This document shows, in pieces, positions 24,570 through 37,522 of a DNA stretch of 64,000 nt (position 1 is the stretch's first letter; each line of letters opens with the position of its first letter). Location of the stretch: assembly GCF_006345805.1 (NCBI RefSeq), contig NC_043010.1, positions 67,394,001-67,458,000 on the forward strand, written 5' to 3'. Both the position numbers and the translations under genes were made by a program. The DNA comes from Octopus sinensis. Lineage: Eukaryota. The notes below the pieces were generated by a model that was not told where the DNA came from, did not search any database, and saw nothing but the letters and a program-made list of their open reading frames with translations.

Positions 24570-25520
24570 AAGTTTCTTGCTAGTCTACAGTCTTTGCAGG
24601 TGGCCATATGAGACACACTAGGTTAGAGCAAACATAGAAATTGTGGAGTCTGAGAGAAAACATTTAATTTGAAAGATAGAAGACAGATTATGCTCATCAG
24701 TGGACAACTTCACCAGAAGGCTTTCATACTAAAGTTAAACTTTAACTTAAATGCTTTGTTGATATTAAGGATAACAACATTTCCTTTGTTGAAGCTCTTT
24801 AGGAGAAGAGATCTTCAGAGAATGACATAAGATCTTCAGAGAACGACATAGGATCTTCAGAGAACGACATAGGATCTTCAAAGAACGACATAGGATCTTC
24901 AGAGAACGACATAGGATCTTCAGAGAACGACATAGGATCTTCAGAGAACAACATAGGATCTTCAGAGAACGACATAGGATCTTCAGAGAATGACATAGGA
25001 TCTTCAGAGAACGACATAGGATCTTCAGAGAACGACATAGGATCTTCAGAGAACGACATAGGATCTTCAGAGAAGCGACATAGGATCTTCAGAGAACGAC
25101 ATAGGATCTTCAGAGAACGACATAGGATCTTCAGAGAACGACATAGGATCTTCAGAGAAGCGACATAGGATCTTCAGAGAACGACATAGGATCTTCAAAG
25201 AACGACATAGGATCTTCAGAGAACGACATGTCTTCGATAATTCTGTATCAATGGAAGTTGTACTAGTATTTTCTGAGTCAGATTCTTATAAATATATTGA
25301 AGAGTTTGAAGATGACAGGAAGGCAAGCTTGAGAGTATATTGTTTGAGGATGTTGAAAAAAAAAAGCTGTCAGGACTAATCACCCTTGTTTGGCAGAGGA
25401 GACCAGAATAGTTTTCATACTTGGCAGCAGTATGCACATGGTGATTTAGGAAGTGAGTGTGTTGAGTGAAGTTAGGAAGTGGAGTGGGTAGCAGTTGTGA
25501 TGGATTTATCAAGAGGCGTA
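24570..25520 (-). mobile_element. Degenerate CR1/Jockey-group LINE reverse-transcriptase fragment
   Basis: Broken frames give GPDS..ILKQ..LKLA, PVIFKLFNIF, NYR, VVILNINKAF and CFLSD, in RT motif order. Confidence 0.55.
24809..25229. repeat. 21-bp minisatellite (AGGATCTTCAGAGAACGACAT), about 20 copies
   Basis: Directly visible. Two units carry a 1-nt insertion. Source of the MSFSEDP-repeat ORF. Confidence 0.97.
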
Positions 25521-26154
25521 ATACTTCCCAGCTACATTCATTGAGAACGGTAAGTAAGAGGAAGCTGAAAATTTACTAGAGATAATTTTGGCTTTGGACC
25601 AAAATAACTCAGACACAATTCAGAAAAGAAGGAATCTTCTTACTTCCTGGTGGTCAGACAGCATATGTTGTATTAGTAGGGAATGCCTTTCAAGTGACAC
25701 TGAGTAATTTCATCCAGATATGAAAGAAGCCGCTTGCCCAAAGTACAACACATTAGGATTGAACCTGGAACCACGGGGTCGAGAGGTTGAGAAATGTATT
25801 TATGTTCATACTGCATATTTTATTATCAATGTGTTAACGCTTTTACAGAATAAGTATGCTGTGTTCGTTGTGAGACTATTAGTGAACTATTCTGACTGAG
25901 GTGGGTGGGAAGAGCTTTGGTTGTGTAATGGGTATTGAGGTACATACCAAGGAAAGGTGTTTTCTGATGAGTCAGAGGTAAAGCATATTTGCTGACATAA
26001 GTAGTCAGCTTAGAATTGGGGGAGTTCCAATCACTTAGTAGACTTAAAGTACCAGAGGGTTTAAGAAGCAGACAATGTTATGCAGTAGATGGGTGTAAGG
26101 TGGGAAGACAGCTATACATACATGCATATATACGTACATATACACGTGAATACA

Positions 26155-26231
26155 TACAAACAGACAGATAAATAGACAAGTAGACAGATAAACATAGACA
26201 GTCAGACAGATTGATAGATGCAGAGATAAAA

Positions 26232-26280
<49 letters not shown>

Positions 26281-26283
26281 GCC

Positions 26284-26342
<59 letters not shown>

Positions 26343-26453
26343 TAGATAGATAGATAGGTAAATAGATAGCTAGATAGACAGACAGACAGATAGACAGAGA
26401 GATAGATAGGTAAATAGATAGCTAGATAGACAGACAGACAGACAGATAGGTAA

Positions 26454-26501
<48 letters not shown>

Positions 26502-26510
26502 GTAGGTAGG

Positions 26511-26556
<46 letters not shown>

Positions 26557-26615
26557 TAGATAGATAGATAGATAGATACATACATACATACATACATACA
26601 TACATACATACATAC
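26155..26615. repeat. Compound (GACA)n/(GATA)n/(CATA)n satellite
   Basis: Directly visible. Confidence 0.95.
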
Positions 26616-27087
26616 ATGTACTTATATATGCATTTTTACATATGTACACATACTAATATACACACAATTCATTTACTGACGTATAAACATGCATAATCAT
26701 ACATCTAAAATACACAATTTTTTTTAATGTATTTCTACTTTGCTTTTTGTTTTCCTACTTCAGCAAGTCATAGTGAAATCTATTCCTTCTTGAGGTGGTC
26801 TGATAAAACCAAAACATATCCAGCATCCAGAGATGTCTCACTCCTCGACGTCATGTTCATCATCATTATTATTATTTAATGTCTGATTTTCGTGTTAGCA
26901 TGGGCAGGACAGTTTGACAGGGGACCAACAAGCTGCAGGACTGTATTGAGCTCCAATGTCATCATAGGTACGGTTCCTACAGCTGGATACCTTTCCTAAG
27001 ACCAAACACTTTACAGAGTGTATTGTGTGCTTTTTTTTGTTTGCTTGTTTTTTGTGCCACTAACACAAACGAAGTAGGAGTGGCTAT

Positions 27088-27505
27088 AGGCGTAGGAGTG
27101 GCTGTGTGGTAAGTAGCTTGCTTACCAACCACATGGTTCCAGATTCAGTCCTGTTGCATTGCATCTTGGGCAAGTGTCTTCTACTATCGCCTTGAGCTGA
27201 CCAAAGACTTGTGAGTGAATTTGGTAGACAGAAACTGAAAGAAGCCTGTCGTATATATGTATATATATATATATGTTTGTGTGTGTGTGTGTGTTTGTGT
27301 GTCTGTGTTTGTTCCCCCCCCCCCACATCGCTTGACAACTGATGCTGGTGTGGTTACGTCTCCATAACTTAGCGGCTTGGCAAAAAGAAACTGATAGAAT
27401 AAGTACTATGCTTACAAAGAATAAGTCCTGGGGTCGATTTGCTTGACTAAAGGCGGTGCTCCAGCATGGACACAGTCAAATGACTGAAACAAGTAAAAGA
27501 GTAAA
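27088..27505 (+). mobile_element. SINE family A, full length, plus orientation
   Basis: Complete match to the family. Confidence 0.9.
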
Positions 27506-27509
27506 TAAT

Positions 27510-28370
27510 TTGCAAGCCAGAAAAGAAGAGAGAGGAAGGAAACAGAAAGAAGCTCCTTATTAAGAGGAAGTATTTGGGAGGGAAAGGTAGTGGTTGGTAA
27601 CTGTATGCCAAGGGTTGAAAGGGTAAAAGTATGATGGAGGGACAAGCACAGGTGTTTTGCTATAGAGGAGGTACATAGCTGAAAGAGATAAGAGGAAGGT
27701 AGTGTTGGGGTACAAGAGCAAATTCTCAAGGAACAAGGAGAGCATAGGAAAGGACACAGCCGATGGACCATGGGAAGGGATGAGGCAGTGGTTGCTTTCC
27801 TAAGAGTGTGAGTGGGGAGTAGAACAGATGGGAGGAGAGGTTGATATAGTGAGTGATAAAGAAGTGGGGTAGGTGGAAGGAGATGATGGAAAATTTCATT
27901 ATGTGGAGAGATGAAATGGGAGATGAAGAATTGGATCAGGAAGGAGAATCGAAAAAGTAGTAGGTGTAGGGGCAGTGGAGAGAGAGATATAGGGATACAT
28001 AAGGGACTTTAGTAGATGGATTATGATGGCAGATATGGGAGGGCATTGAGAATGATAGCAGAGGAGAGAGAGAGAGAGAGAGTGAATGAGGAGAGAGAGA
28101 GAGAGAAAGGGAGAGAGGGAGAGAGAGCAGTGGCTGAAGGCACAGAAAAATGGTGATTGGTTGAAATGGTATAGGCAGGGATGATGAGGAATGAAAGTAG
28201 TTCCAAGACACAGGGTGGGACCGTTTTAGAGGGGATGGACTGTAATATGGACTGATACTAGTCTCAGGTAAGTACAGCAGTTATTTAGTACCATAGCCAC
28301 GGGGTGGGGGGTAATGCTCCACGTGTCAGGGAAAGGGGAGAGAGGAGTGGGGACAGGGCATTGCACATAC
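27510..28370 (-). mobile_element. Highly degenerate retroelement ORF fragment, probably Penelope-like
   Basis: Strong purine/pyrimidine strand skew. SAIILNALPYL resembles the region before the GIY-YIG domain of PLEs. Many frameshifts. Confidence 0.35.
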
Positions 28371-28735
28371 AAGGATAACTGAATGCTTTTAAGATATCAA
28401 TATTTGACAAAATTATTAGAATAATATTCTTTCTTATTTTGGCACAAGGCCAGCAATTTTGAAGGGAGTGGGTAAGTCAACTTCATCGATCCCAGTACTT
28501 GACTGGTACTTATTTGACTGACCCTGAAAGGATGAAAGGCTAAGTCAACCTTGGCAGAATTCAAACTCAGAACATAAAAAGCTGAGTGGAGTAATGATTA
28601 TATCATTAGTCATTGATTAATGTGATAATTTCCACATCAGGTAATTACATTGAATTAACTTTTTAATACTTCTGGAAATTAAATGTGACAGCAGTAGCAG
28701 TAGTAGTGGTGGTGGTGGTGGTGGTGGTGGTTTTG

Positions 28736-28784
<49 letters not shown>

Positions 28785-28929
28785 CAGCAGCAGCAGCAAC
28801 AGCAGTAGCAGCAGCAACAGCAGGGGAGCATGCACTGTAACAGCATGTCACTGCATTCACCATTTGTTGGTGATTCCCTACTCTTGGTGGGTGGTGCCTT
28901 TGCACCACTCAGGTGACAACTTCTCAACC

Positions 28930-29560
28930 TAGTGGTTCCCAACACGGGTCCATATGACCCTTAGGGGTTGAGGGGACGTAACATTATGTTGTTAAAATTT
29001 ATATGTAATAAAATGGCTATACTTCTACAATACAATTCCTAATAATATTTATTCTTTTATTTGTTTCGGTCATTTGACTGTGGCCATTCTGGAGCACCGC
29101 CTTTAGTCAAGCTGATCGACCCCAGAGCTTATTCTTTGTAAGCCTAGTACTTATTCTATTGGTCTCTTTTGCTGAACTGCTAAGTTATGGGGACATAAAC
29201 ACACCAACATCGATTGTCAAGTGATGTTGGGGGGGACAAACATATACACACACATACATATATATATAGAGGGAGATATATGACAGGCTTCTTCCAGTTT
29301 CCGTCTACCAAATCCACTCACAAGGCTTTGGTCGGCCCAAGGCTATAGTAGAAGACACTTGCCCAAGGTGCCATGCAGTGGGACTGAACCCAGACCATGT
29401 GGTTGGTAAGCAAGCTACTTACCACACAGCCACTCCTGTGCCTATTTAATTATAAAAACACAACAGGATTTTTTTGAATATTGAATGGCTATGAGGGTCC
29501 ACCTAAGAAAAAATAGAAATCAAAGGGGTCCATATATAGAAAAAGGGTTAAGAGCCACTG
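28930..29560. mobile_element. hAT-like MITE interrupted by a SINE A copy (29052-29444, minus)
   Basis: Ends TAGTGGTTCCCAAC / GTTAAGAGCCACTG with imperfect direct flanks TCTCAACC / CTCCAACC. Confidence 0.6.
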
Positions 29561-30319
29561 CTCCAACCCATGGTTCTGTTTGAGTAGTTGTTGCTGGTGA
29601 GGGTTTTTATGAGGTCAGAGTGCAAATCCTATGTCATCCTCTTTTAGTTACCTTTAATAATATGTAGAGAAAACGCTGGGTCTATTCTTTGGCATGCTGG
29701 TCCCCATACAACACTAGAGCAATGTGAAGTAAAGTGTTTTGCTCAAGAGTACAACATGCCACCTGCTCTGCGAATCGAACCCATAATCTGGCAATTGTGA
29801 GTGCAATACCCTAACCACTACACTACATGCCTTCACATATAATAATTAATAACTTAATTATTAACACAATAAGACTAAATATGTTTATTAAGTATATTAT
29901 ATGATGACTTCTACACAGTTATTCAAAACTATTGTGATACTCAAGCTGTTAACATCCAACTGTCAACCTTTCTACCATTTTCATCATGTTTGTCATAATC
30001 TTGTTTGTTTCCTATAACAAATACTACTCTCCATGACTTCAGCAGGTTGTAAGGAAAGGTAAAGTGATGGACCTCCATTTTGAGCCCCGATTTTTTTATG
30101 TATAGAATCTGTTTTATATATATATATATATATTATATATATATATATAGATATATATATATATATATATAAAACAGATTTTTTTTTTATATATATTATA
30201 TATATATATGGCCTGCTCGCTTAGCCAGCGGGGTGGCGTCATTCGAAGGCTAAAACAATGTGAACGCATTGTGACCAGCGATGTGTAACAACATCTGATG
30301 GTCTGGTCGGTCACGTGAT

Positions 30320-30385
<66 letters not shown>

Positions 30386-30529
30386 TGAGAGAGAGAGAGA
30401 GAGAGTAGATATGTTTATTAAATATTATTGTATATGACTTCACTGTACATATTTATTTATGAAAACAGAAGCATCCGGAGATAAAAGTAGAAAATATTTA
30501 GATGAAGAAGCACAGAATGTGAAAGAGGT

Positions 30530-30886
30530 AGGGGAAAGGAGAGAAATAGAATCGTAGAGAGAATGAGAGAGGGTGGAGGAGGAGGAGGAGGAGGAGAGGA
30601 GGAAGCAGAGGAGGAGGAAGCAGAGAGGAGGAAGCAGAGGAGGAGGAAGTAGAGGAGGAGGAAGCAGAGGAGGATGAGGAGGAGAGTGGATGGAGGGAAG
30701 GAGAGAGAGGATAAAGAAGAATGAGGAGCAGGAGTAAGAAAGAGAGTTGATGGAAGGGAAGAGAGAGAGAGAGAGAGATAGGGAGACTGACAGACGAAGA
30801 GGATGGAGGGGAGGGGAAAGAGAGAGACAGACAGAGAGACAGAGTGAGAGAGAGACAGAGAGAGAGAGACAGAGAGAAAGAGAGAG

Positions 30887-30939
<53 letters not shown>

Positions 30940-31080
30940 AGCAGGCAGACAAGCCGGCAGCCAAACAGACAGCCAGACAAACTGGCAAGACAGACAAACA
31001 GAAAAGACAGACACAGACAAGACAGACATAGACAGGCTGACAGAGAAGGCAGGCAAGACAGGCAAGACAGATAAAGCAGA
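30530..31080 (+). repeat. Purine-rich (GGA)n/(AG)n/(GACA)n tract
   Basis: Directly visible. Source of the 30440-31129 ORFs. Confidence 0.95.
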
Positions 31081-31454
31081 CAGCGAACTTGTAAGTAGAG
31101 TGAGAGCCTTTAACTAAAAAGATGTCCAAATAGAAGAGAAATAATTGTTGTCAATGAGTCTCCACTCAAACATCTGTTCCAAGCACAGCCAAGCAGACTG
31201 CTGACCTTTTATGAAAGATCACTTGTCAGAGAACTTGTCATTTTTATGGGACAGAGTTTATTGAAAGTCACATGTATATCAAGAATGATGGTATGTGTGG
31301 GTGTGCATGACATTTAATTGTAGTTTCCCTTAGTTTTTGTGTACCTTGATAATAGTTTGTAAAATAGATAAAGGCTATATTGTTAGATACTTTAGAAGGG
31401 CCAAGTATTTAATTTTTGTTGTTGTTTCTTTTTTCTGTTTTTGTGCTTTATTCT

Positions 31455-31893
31455 TTTATTTTTTTATTTGTTTCAGTCATTTGACTGCAGGCCATGCTGG
31501 GACACTGCTTCTAGTAGAACAAATCGACCCCAGGACCTACTTTTTGTAAGCCTAGTACTTATTCTATAAGTAATATACTTATAGAATAATTACTAGGCTT
31601 ACAAAAAGTACTTATTCTATCGGTCTCTTCTGCTGAAATGCTAAGTTACAGTGAGGTGAACACACCAGCATCAGTTGTCAAGCGATGATGGGCGGACAAA
31701 CAAACACACACACACACACACACATATATACAACAGGCTTCTTTCAATTTCCCTCTACCAAATCCACTCACAAAGCTTTGGTCAGCCCGAGGCTATAATA
31801 GAAGACACTTGCCCAAAGTGCCATTGAGTGGAACTGAACCTGGAACCATGTGGTTGGTAAGCAAGCTACTTACCACACAGCCACTCCAGTGCC
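31455..31893 (-). mobile_element. SINE family A with an internal 34-bp inverted duplication
   Basis: 31538-31571 and 31577-31610 are reverse complements with 1 mismatch. Normal SINE sequence resumes afterwards. Confidence 0.9.
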
Positions 31894-31964
31894 TGTTCAT
31901 TTTTTTTCATAACATTAACCATTTAACCTCTATATCATCAATATCTTTTGTCTTTAATCTTTTG

Positions 31965-32427
31965 TCACAGTCATTGAAATCGGAATCGAAATTGAACCAA
32001 TCCTATGACTGGCACCCGGCAGATGCCAGGACCCCTGGACTGGAGATACGTAAAAAGCACTATCCGAATCGTGGCCGATGCCAGCGCCGCCTCGACTGGC
32101 TTCCGTGTCGGTGGCATGTAAAAAGCTCCATCCGAATCGTGGCCGAAGCCAGTGCCACCTCGACTGGCTTCCGTGCAGGTGGCACGTAAAATGCACCAAT
32201 CCGACCGTGGCCGATGCCAGCCTCGCCTGGCACCAGTGCAGGTGGCACGTAAAAAGCACCCACTACACTCACGGAGTGGTTGGCGTTAGGAAGGGCATCC
32301 AGCTGTAGAAACATTGCCAGATAAGACCGGAGCCTGGTGCAGCCTTCTGGCTTCCCAGATCCCCGGTCGAACCGTCCAACCCATGCTAGCATGGAGAACG
32401 GACGTTAAACGATGATGATGATGATGA
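31965..32427 (+). mobile_element. SINE family B with 3-4 internal tandem units of about 65-68 bp
   Basis: Repeated GCACGTAAAAAGCAC..TCCGA.CGTGGCCGATGCCAG..CCTCGACTGGCTTCCGTG and a (GAT)n tail. Confidence 0.85.
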
Positions 32428-33153
32428 TTGGACTGCAGCCATGTTAGGACACCACCTTGAAGTGTTTAGCTCTTTGAACCCAGGACTTAATTTTCTTCTG
32501 AAGTTTGGTTCTTGATGTAGCAGCCTCTTTTGTTAATCCACTAAATTACTGGGATATAAATGACACTGGCTGTAAAATCATGGTGGTGGAAGACAAAACT
32601 ACACAACCTCAATAACACACACACACACACACACATATATGAAGGCGCATGGCCTAGTGGCTAAGGTGTTGCATTCACGATATTTATATCCTGTATTAAT
32701 TACACACCTTCTCAAATTTATATGTAAGTATGTATGTATGCACTTGTGAGTGCGTATGTGCATGTGTGTGTTTGTGTATAAGATATTTTGAATCTAGTTT
32801 AATACTAAATTGTTTTCATATAAAACTTGATATAAACCAAACAATATATCTTGTTTCATATATATATATATACATACATACTTGGAAATGGATGCATGGC
32901 GTTCAATTAAATAATAATATGTGCAGGTGGCACATGCAGGTGGCACGTGTAGGTGGCACGTAAAAAGCACCCACTACACTCGCGGAGTGGTTGGCGTTAG
33001 GAAGGGTATCCAGCTGTAGAAACACTGCCAGATCAGACTGGAGCCTGGTGCAGCCCCTGGCTTCCCAGACCCCGGTTGAACCGTCCAACCCATGCTAGCG
33101 CGGAAAGCGGATGTTAAACGATGATGATGATGATGATGATATATATATATATG

Positions 33154-33224
<71 letters not shown>

Positions 33225-33234
33225 ATATATATAT

Positions 33235-33510
33235 TATATAATAATATAAATAATATATAAAAATATGCATATATACATACATGCATATATACATATATGC
33301 ATGTACATACCTACAACTATATGTATATATACATGCATATATGGGTACAGGACATCAAAAAAATGTTGAACACAATGAGAAACGAAATGTTCAACATTGT
33401 TTTGATGTCCTGTACCCATTATATGCATGTATATATACATATAGATGTAGGTATGTACATATATGTATGTATATATGCATATATTTATATATTATTTATA
33501 TTATTATATG
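33235..33510. repeat. Fold-back of a PLE-like terminus plus adjacent AT-rich microsatellite
   Basis: Arms of about 125-140 bp around a 15-nt loop (33373-33387). The core is ATGGGTACAGGACATCAAAA / TTTTGATGTCCTGTACCCAT. Confidence 0.85.
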
Positions 33511-33661
33511 ATCGAATGCCACACATCTTTTTCCATATATATATTATATATATACATATGCATATATAGGTACAGGATGTAAACAACATGAAGTACGACA
33601 ACAAGTGAGTTAAATATACAAGCAACGAGAGAAAAAATAATTGTAAACACGACAAGTAACG

Positions 33662-34104
33662 CAAAGAACAACCCTTCATCAGTTGTCGGCTGTCTATCTA
33701 CTCCTCTTTTCTAGCATTTGAACGACAATATGAGTCTTTGAAGACAGTTGCTTCCATAACTTCCAAAATAAATTTTGGACTTTATGGAGGGTCAAAGTTG
33801 GAAACAAAAGCAGGTGAGTGGAGACATACAGGGAAACTGAATGGAAACAAACATGGAGGATTGTTAGACCAGAATGAGGGGAAAAATAGTGAACGCTGGA
33901 AGAAGACCCTCCATGTTTGTTTTTGTTTGGTTTCCTTGTATGTCTCCACTGTCCTGCTTTTGTTCCCAACTTTGACATTCCATAAAATCCAAAATTCATT
34001 TTGAAAGTTATAGAAGTAATTGTCTTAGAAGACTCATATTGTCATTGAATGCTTAAAATGAGGAGTAGATAGACAGCTGACAATTGATGAAGGGTCGTTC
34101 TTTG
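33662..34104. mobile_element. Older PLE-like fold-back with arms of about 200 bp
   Basis: 33662-33859 and 33908-34104 are diverged reverse complements. The ORF track shows mirror peptides (NFG.YG.SKL.TKAG.WRHT.K.N.NKHGG) on both strands. Confidence 0.75.
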
Positions 34105-34111
34105 ATGTTGC

Positions 34112-35379
34112 TGCACCTCTTATACGTCCATAGCTTACACTGGGTATATTTTATGGAGGAGTTTCTACCTACACCTTTTCTACAGATCTAGCAGGGCTAC
34201 CTACCTGAGGGGGTGTGTGTGATGAGTTTGCCTTTCTGCTTACTATAACTTTGGTCTTTGCTACATTTACTCTAAGGCCTTTTGATTCTAAACCTAGCTT
34301 CCACACCCGAAATTTCTTTTCTAGTTCCAGTAGTGATTCTGCTATGAGGGCCAGGTCGTCAGCACAGAGGAGCTCCCAGGGGCAACCCGTCTTGAATTCC
34401 TCTGATATTGCCTGGAGGACTATGATGAATAGAAGGGGACTAAAGGCTGAACCTTGATGGACCCCTACTTCTACCCGGAATTCTTCACTATACTCGTTGC
34501 CAATCCTAACCTTACTAATGGCCTCTCTGTATAGGGCCTATACAGCCCTTATCAACCATTCGTCAATCTCCAGTTTCCGCATTGCCCACCAGATAAGGGA
34601 TCGGGAGACCCTGTCAAAGGCTTTCTCCAAGTCCACAAAAGCTAAGTAGAGGGGTTTATCTTTAGCTAGGTATTTCTCCAGCAGTTGTCGAACCAGGAAT
34701 ATGGCATCAGTGGTGCTTCTACCAGGAACAAAACCAAACTGCATCTCATCTAAGCAGACTCTCTCCCTAATGAGATGGACTATGATCCTCTCTGTGACCT
34801 TCATCACCTGATCCAGCAGTTTAATACCCCTGTAGTTATTTCTATCTAGAGCATCACCTTTACCCTTGTAGCAGTTGACTATGGTGCTGCTATGCCAGTC
34901 ATTGGGTATGACTCCATTATGTACTACCTGGTTTACAATGCGGGTGACTAGGCCATAGCCCACACCACCAGATGCTTTAAGCATCTCAGCAGTGATTCCT
35001 GATGGACCAGGGGCTTTTCCTGGCTTCATACCCTTAATTGCTTTATCTACTAGAGAGCTGTCTATTGGGATAGCTGGTCCCTCTACTGGGTCAACATTTG
35101 GCAGGCTCTCCTCCTCCCAATCATTCTCCACATTCAACAGTCTTTCATAATGGCTTCTCCAAGCCTCTTTCTTTTCAGAATCACTAAAAGCAAGTGCACC
35201 ATCATCCATTCAAACACATTTCTCTCCTGTGACATCACAATTTTCTCTCACACACTGTCTTGCAATCCAAAATACCTCAGTTCTTTGGTCCTCACATCTC
35301 TGGACAAACTTCTTCTTTTCCGCTTCGCTCTTGGCGATGTATACCTGCCGCCCAGCCTCCCTTCTGGTACCTTGTACCA
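34112..35379 (-). mobile_element. RTE/RTEX-clade LINE ORF2 fragment covering the whole RT domain
   Basis: KAPGPSGITAEMLK, NYRGIKLL, QFGFVPGRSTTDAIF, AFVDLEKAFDRV, GVHQGS and (C)ADDL in order. A few stops and frameshifts, truncated at both ends. Confidence 0.93.
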
Positions 35380-36215
35380 TTATATATGACAGGCTTCTTT
35401 CAGTTTCCATCTACCAAATCCACTGAGAAGGTTTTGGTTGGCCCGAGGCTATAGTGGAAGACACTTGCCCAAGGTGCCATGCAGTGGACTGAACCTGGAA
35501 CCATGTGGTTGGTAAACAAGCCTCTCTTACCACACAGCCACGCCTGCGCCTATTCTATATTTTTTCTAAATTCATGCAAGCTATATTTGAGAAGTCCTAC
35601 TATGTGTATGGAATATTGAAACTAAGATTATTCTTTCCAATGTTAACAACAGACATGCAAAATTAAGTAGGAAATAATTTTATGATATGCTAGTAGAATG
35701 ATATACCTTGATCATGGTAAAATTTTATATAATTTTCAGAATTTGAACTGTTGAACTTTCAGCCAGAAATCAGAGATCTAAAACATTTCAAAATAAAATA
35801 ATAATAAAAAGCTACCTTCCTTGGCAATCTGTTATCATTATCATTATTATTGTTATTATTATTATTATTCATTTAGAAAAGGTTGAATTTAAGTATCTCA
35901 TTATTTCTTCAGCTTCAGCGTTTTTTAAAAATCTAAATGTTTTAATCCTAAAACATTCTCTTTACATATCTTTCATAGTTTTCCTTGTTTGTATTGTTTT
36001 CCCATCTAAAAAGACAAGAATTGCACTTTACTTCATATGAAATAGTGGTCTGATTTTAACCCATTCGCGACCCTGTGTCTTGTGAAATGTACCACTAAGA
36101 GGTTTTGAGTAATTTTGAAAATAACTAAGAATTTGGAAGGTTTAATAAAATAGTTAACTTCTTTTTTAATTATTAAATTGGTGTTTGGAAAATAACTAAA
36201 TGTTCTAACATAATA

Positions 36216-36247
<32 letters not shown>

Positions 36248-36339
36248 AGATGCAAGGTGTGCCTAATAAGATTCAAGGTCAATGCATCATATTCCACCAG
36301 TAAATATCATACCACCATGGGTCCAAGATAATATATCAT

Positions 36340-36572
36340 TCTTTCTTTTATTCTTTTACTTGTTTCAGTTATTTGACTGAGGCCATGCTGGAGCACCACC
36401 TATAGTCGAGTAAATCGACCCTAGGACTTAGTTATTGTAATCCTAGTACTTATTCTGTCATTCTCTTTTGTCGAACTGCTAAGTTATGGGGACATAAACA
36501 CACCAGCATTGGTTGTCAAGCGATGTTGGGGGGACAAACACAGACACACAAACATATATACACATACATACA

Positions 36573-36608
<36 letters not shown>

Positions 36609-36778
36609 CATATATATGATGGGCTTCTTTCAGTTTCCGTCAACCAAATACACTCACAAGGCTTTGGTTGGCCCGAGGCTATAGTAGAAGATACTTGCCC
36701 AAGGTGCCACGCAGTGGGACTGAACCTAGAACCATGTGGTTGGTAAGCAATCTTCTTACCACACAGCCTGCACCTATA
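36340..36778 (-). mobile_element. SINE family A, full length
   Basis: Complete match to the family. Confidence 0.9.
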
Positions 36779-37522
36779 TATTAATTTTTAACAATGTTTG
36801 AGAAATTAAAGGCTAAGTCAGTGTAGGAGCTGGACATATTAAGAGGCATGTATCAAGTGTAGTGTTCGACTACAACCACAAGTATCCATTACCTCATCTG
36901 TACTTTGTATGTTCAAATAAGAGAGAGCAGGAGGGGGGGTAGGAGGAGGAGGAGGAGAAGGAGAAAAGAGAGTTAAGGAGGAGAGTAAAAGGGGGTGGAG
37001 AAAGACTCTACGTGTACCTCTGTGTGTGTGAGAATGTGAGCACATGAATGTGTGTATTTGTGTATATGAGCAGGAGCGAGAGAGAGAGAGAGAGAGAGAG
37101 AGTGATTGTAAGCATGTGAATGTGAATATGCACATGTGTGTGTGCACGAGTGTGAATATGAGAGTTCATGTACATAAGCATGTACATGAATGCATGTGTA
37201 CATGTGCATGCATGTATATGTATATGTATGTGTTTTTTGTGTTAATGCTTATCGGTTACATTGTACTACAGAGATGTAGTCTAATGGCCTTGGTGGGTAA
37301 AACGCTTACTTATCTTATCAAAATGATCAAATCATTTATCATTGTTTCCTTCTTTCTATACATTCTAGTCATGAGACAGGATGAATCTATAATTTCTCAG
37401 TAACCTCTGACTGTACCATGCGTTATAAAACCAGTCTTGTTGTTGTTATTCATGCTCCCCATATCATTCATTGGTAACAGATGATTTTTAACAATATTTT
37501 CTCAATGAAAAGAATTCTCTTA

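Noticed and set aside
24809-25229. Regular repeat array as a CRISPR or a repeat protein
   Set aside because: Units are contiguous with no spacers, the context is eukaryotic, there are no cas genes, and the array sits in a LINE remnant.
31130-31290. Plus-strand open frame of about 60 codons ending at GTATGT
   Set aside because: Weak acceptor, no recognisable motif and no compatible neighbours.
33670-33700. CTGATGA on the minus strand (also near 34085) as a hammerhead
   Set aside because: No GAAA box or stem II/III follows, so the core is incomplete.
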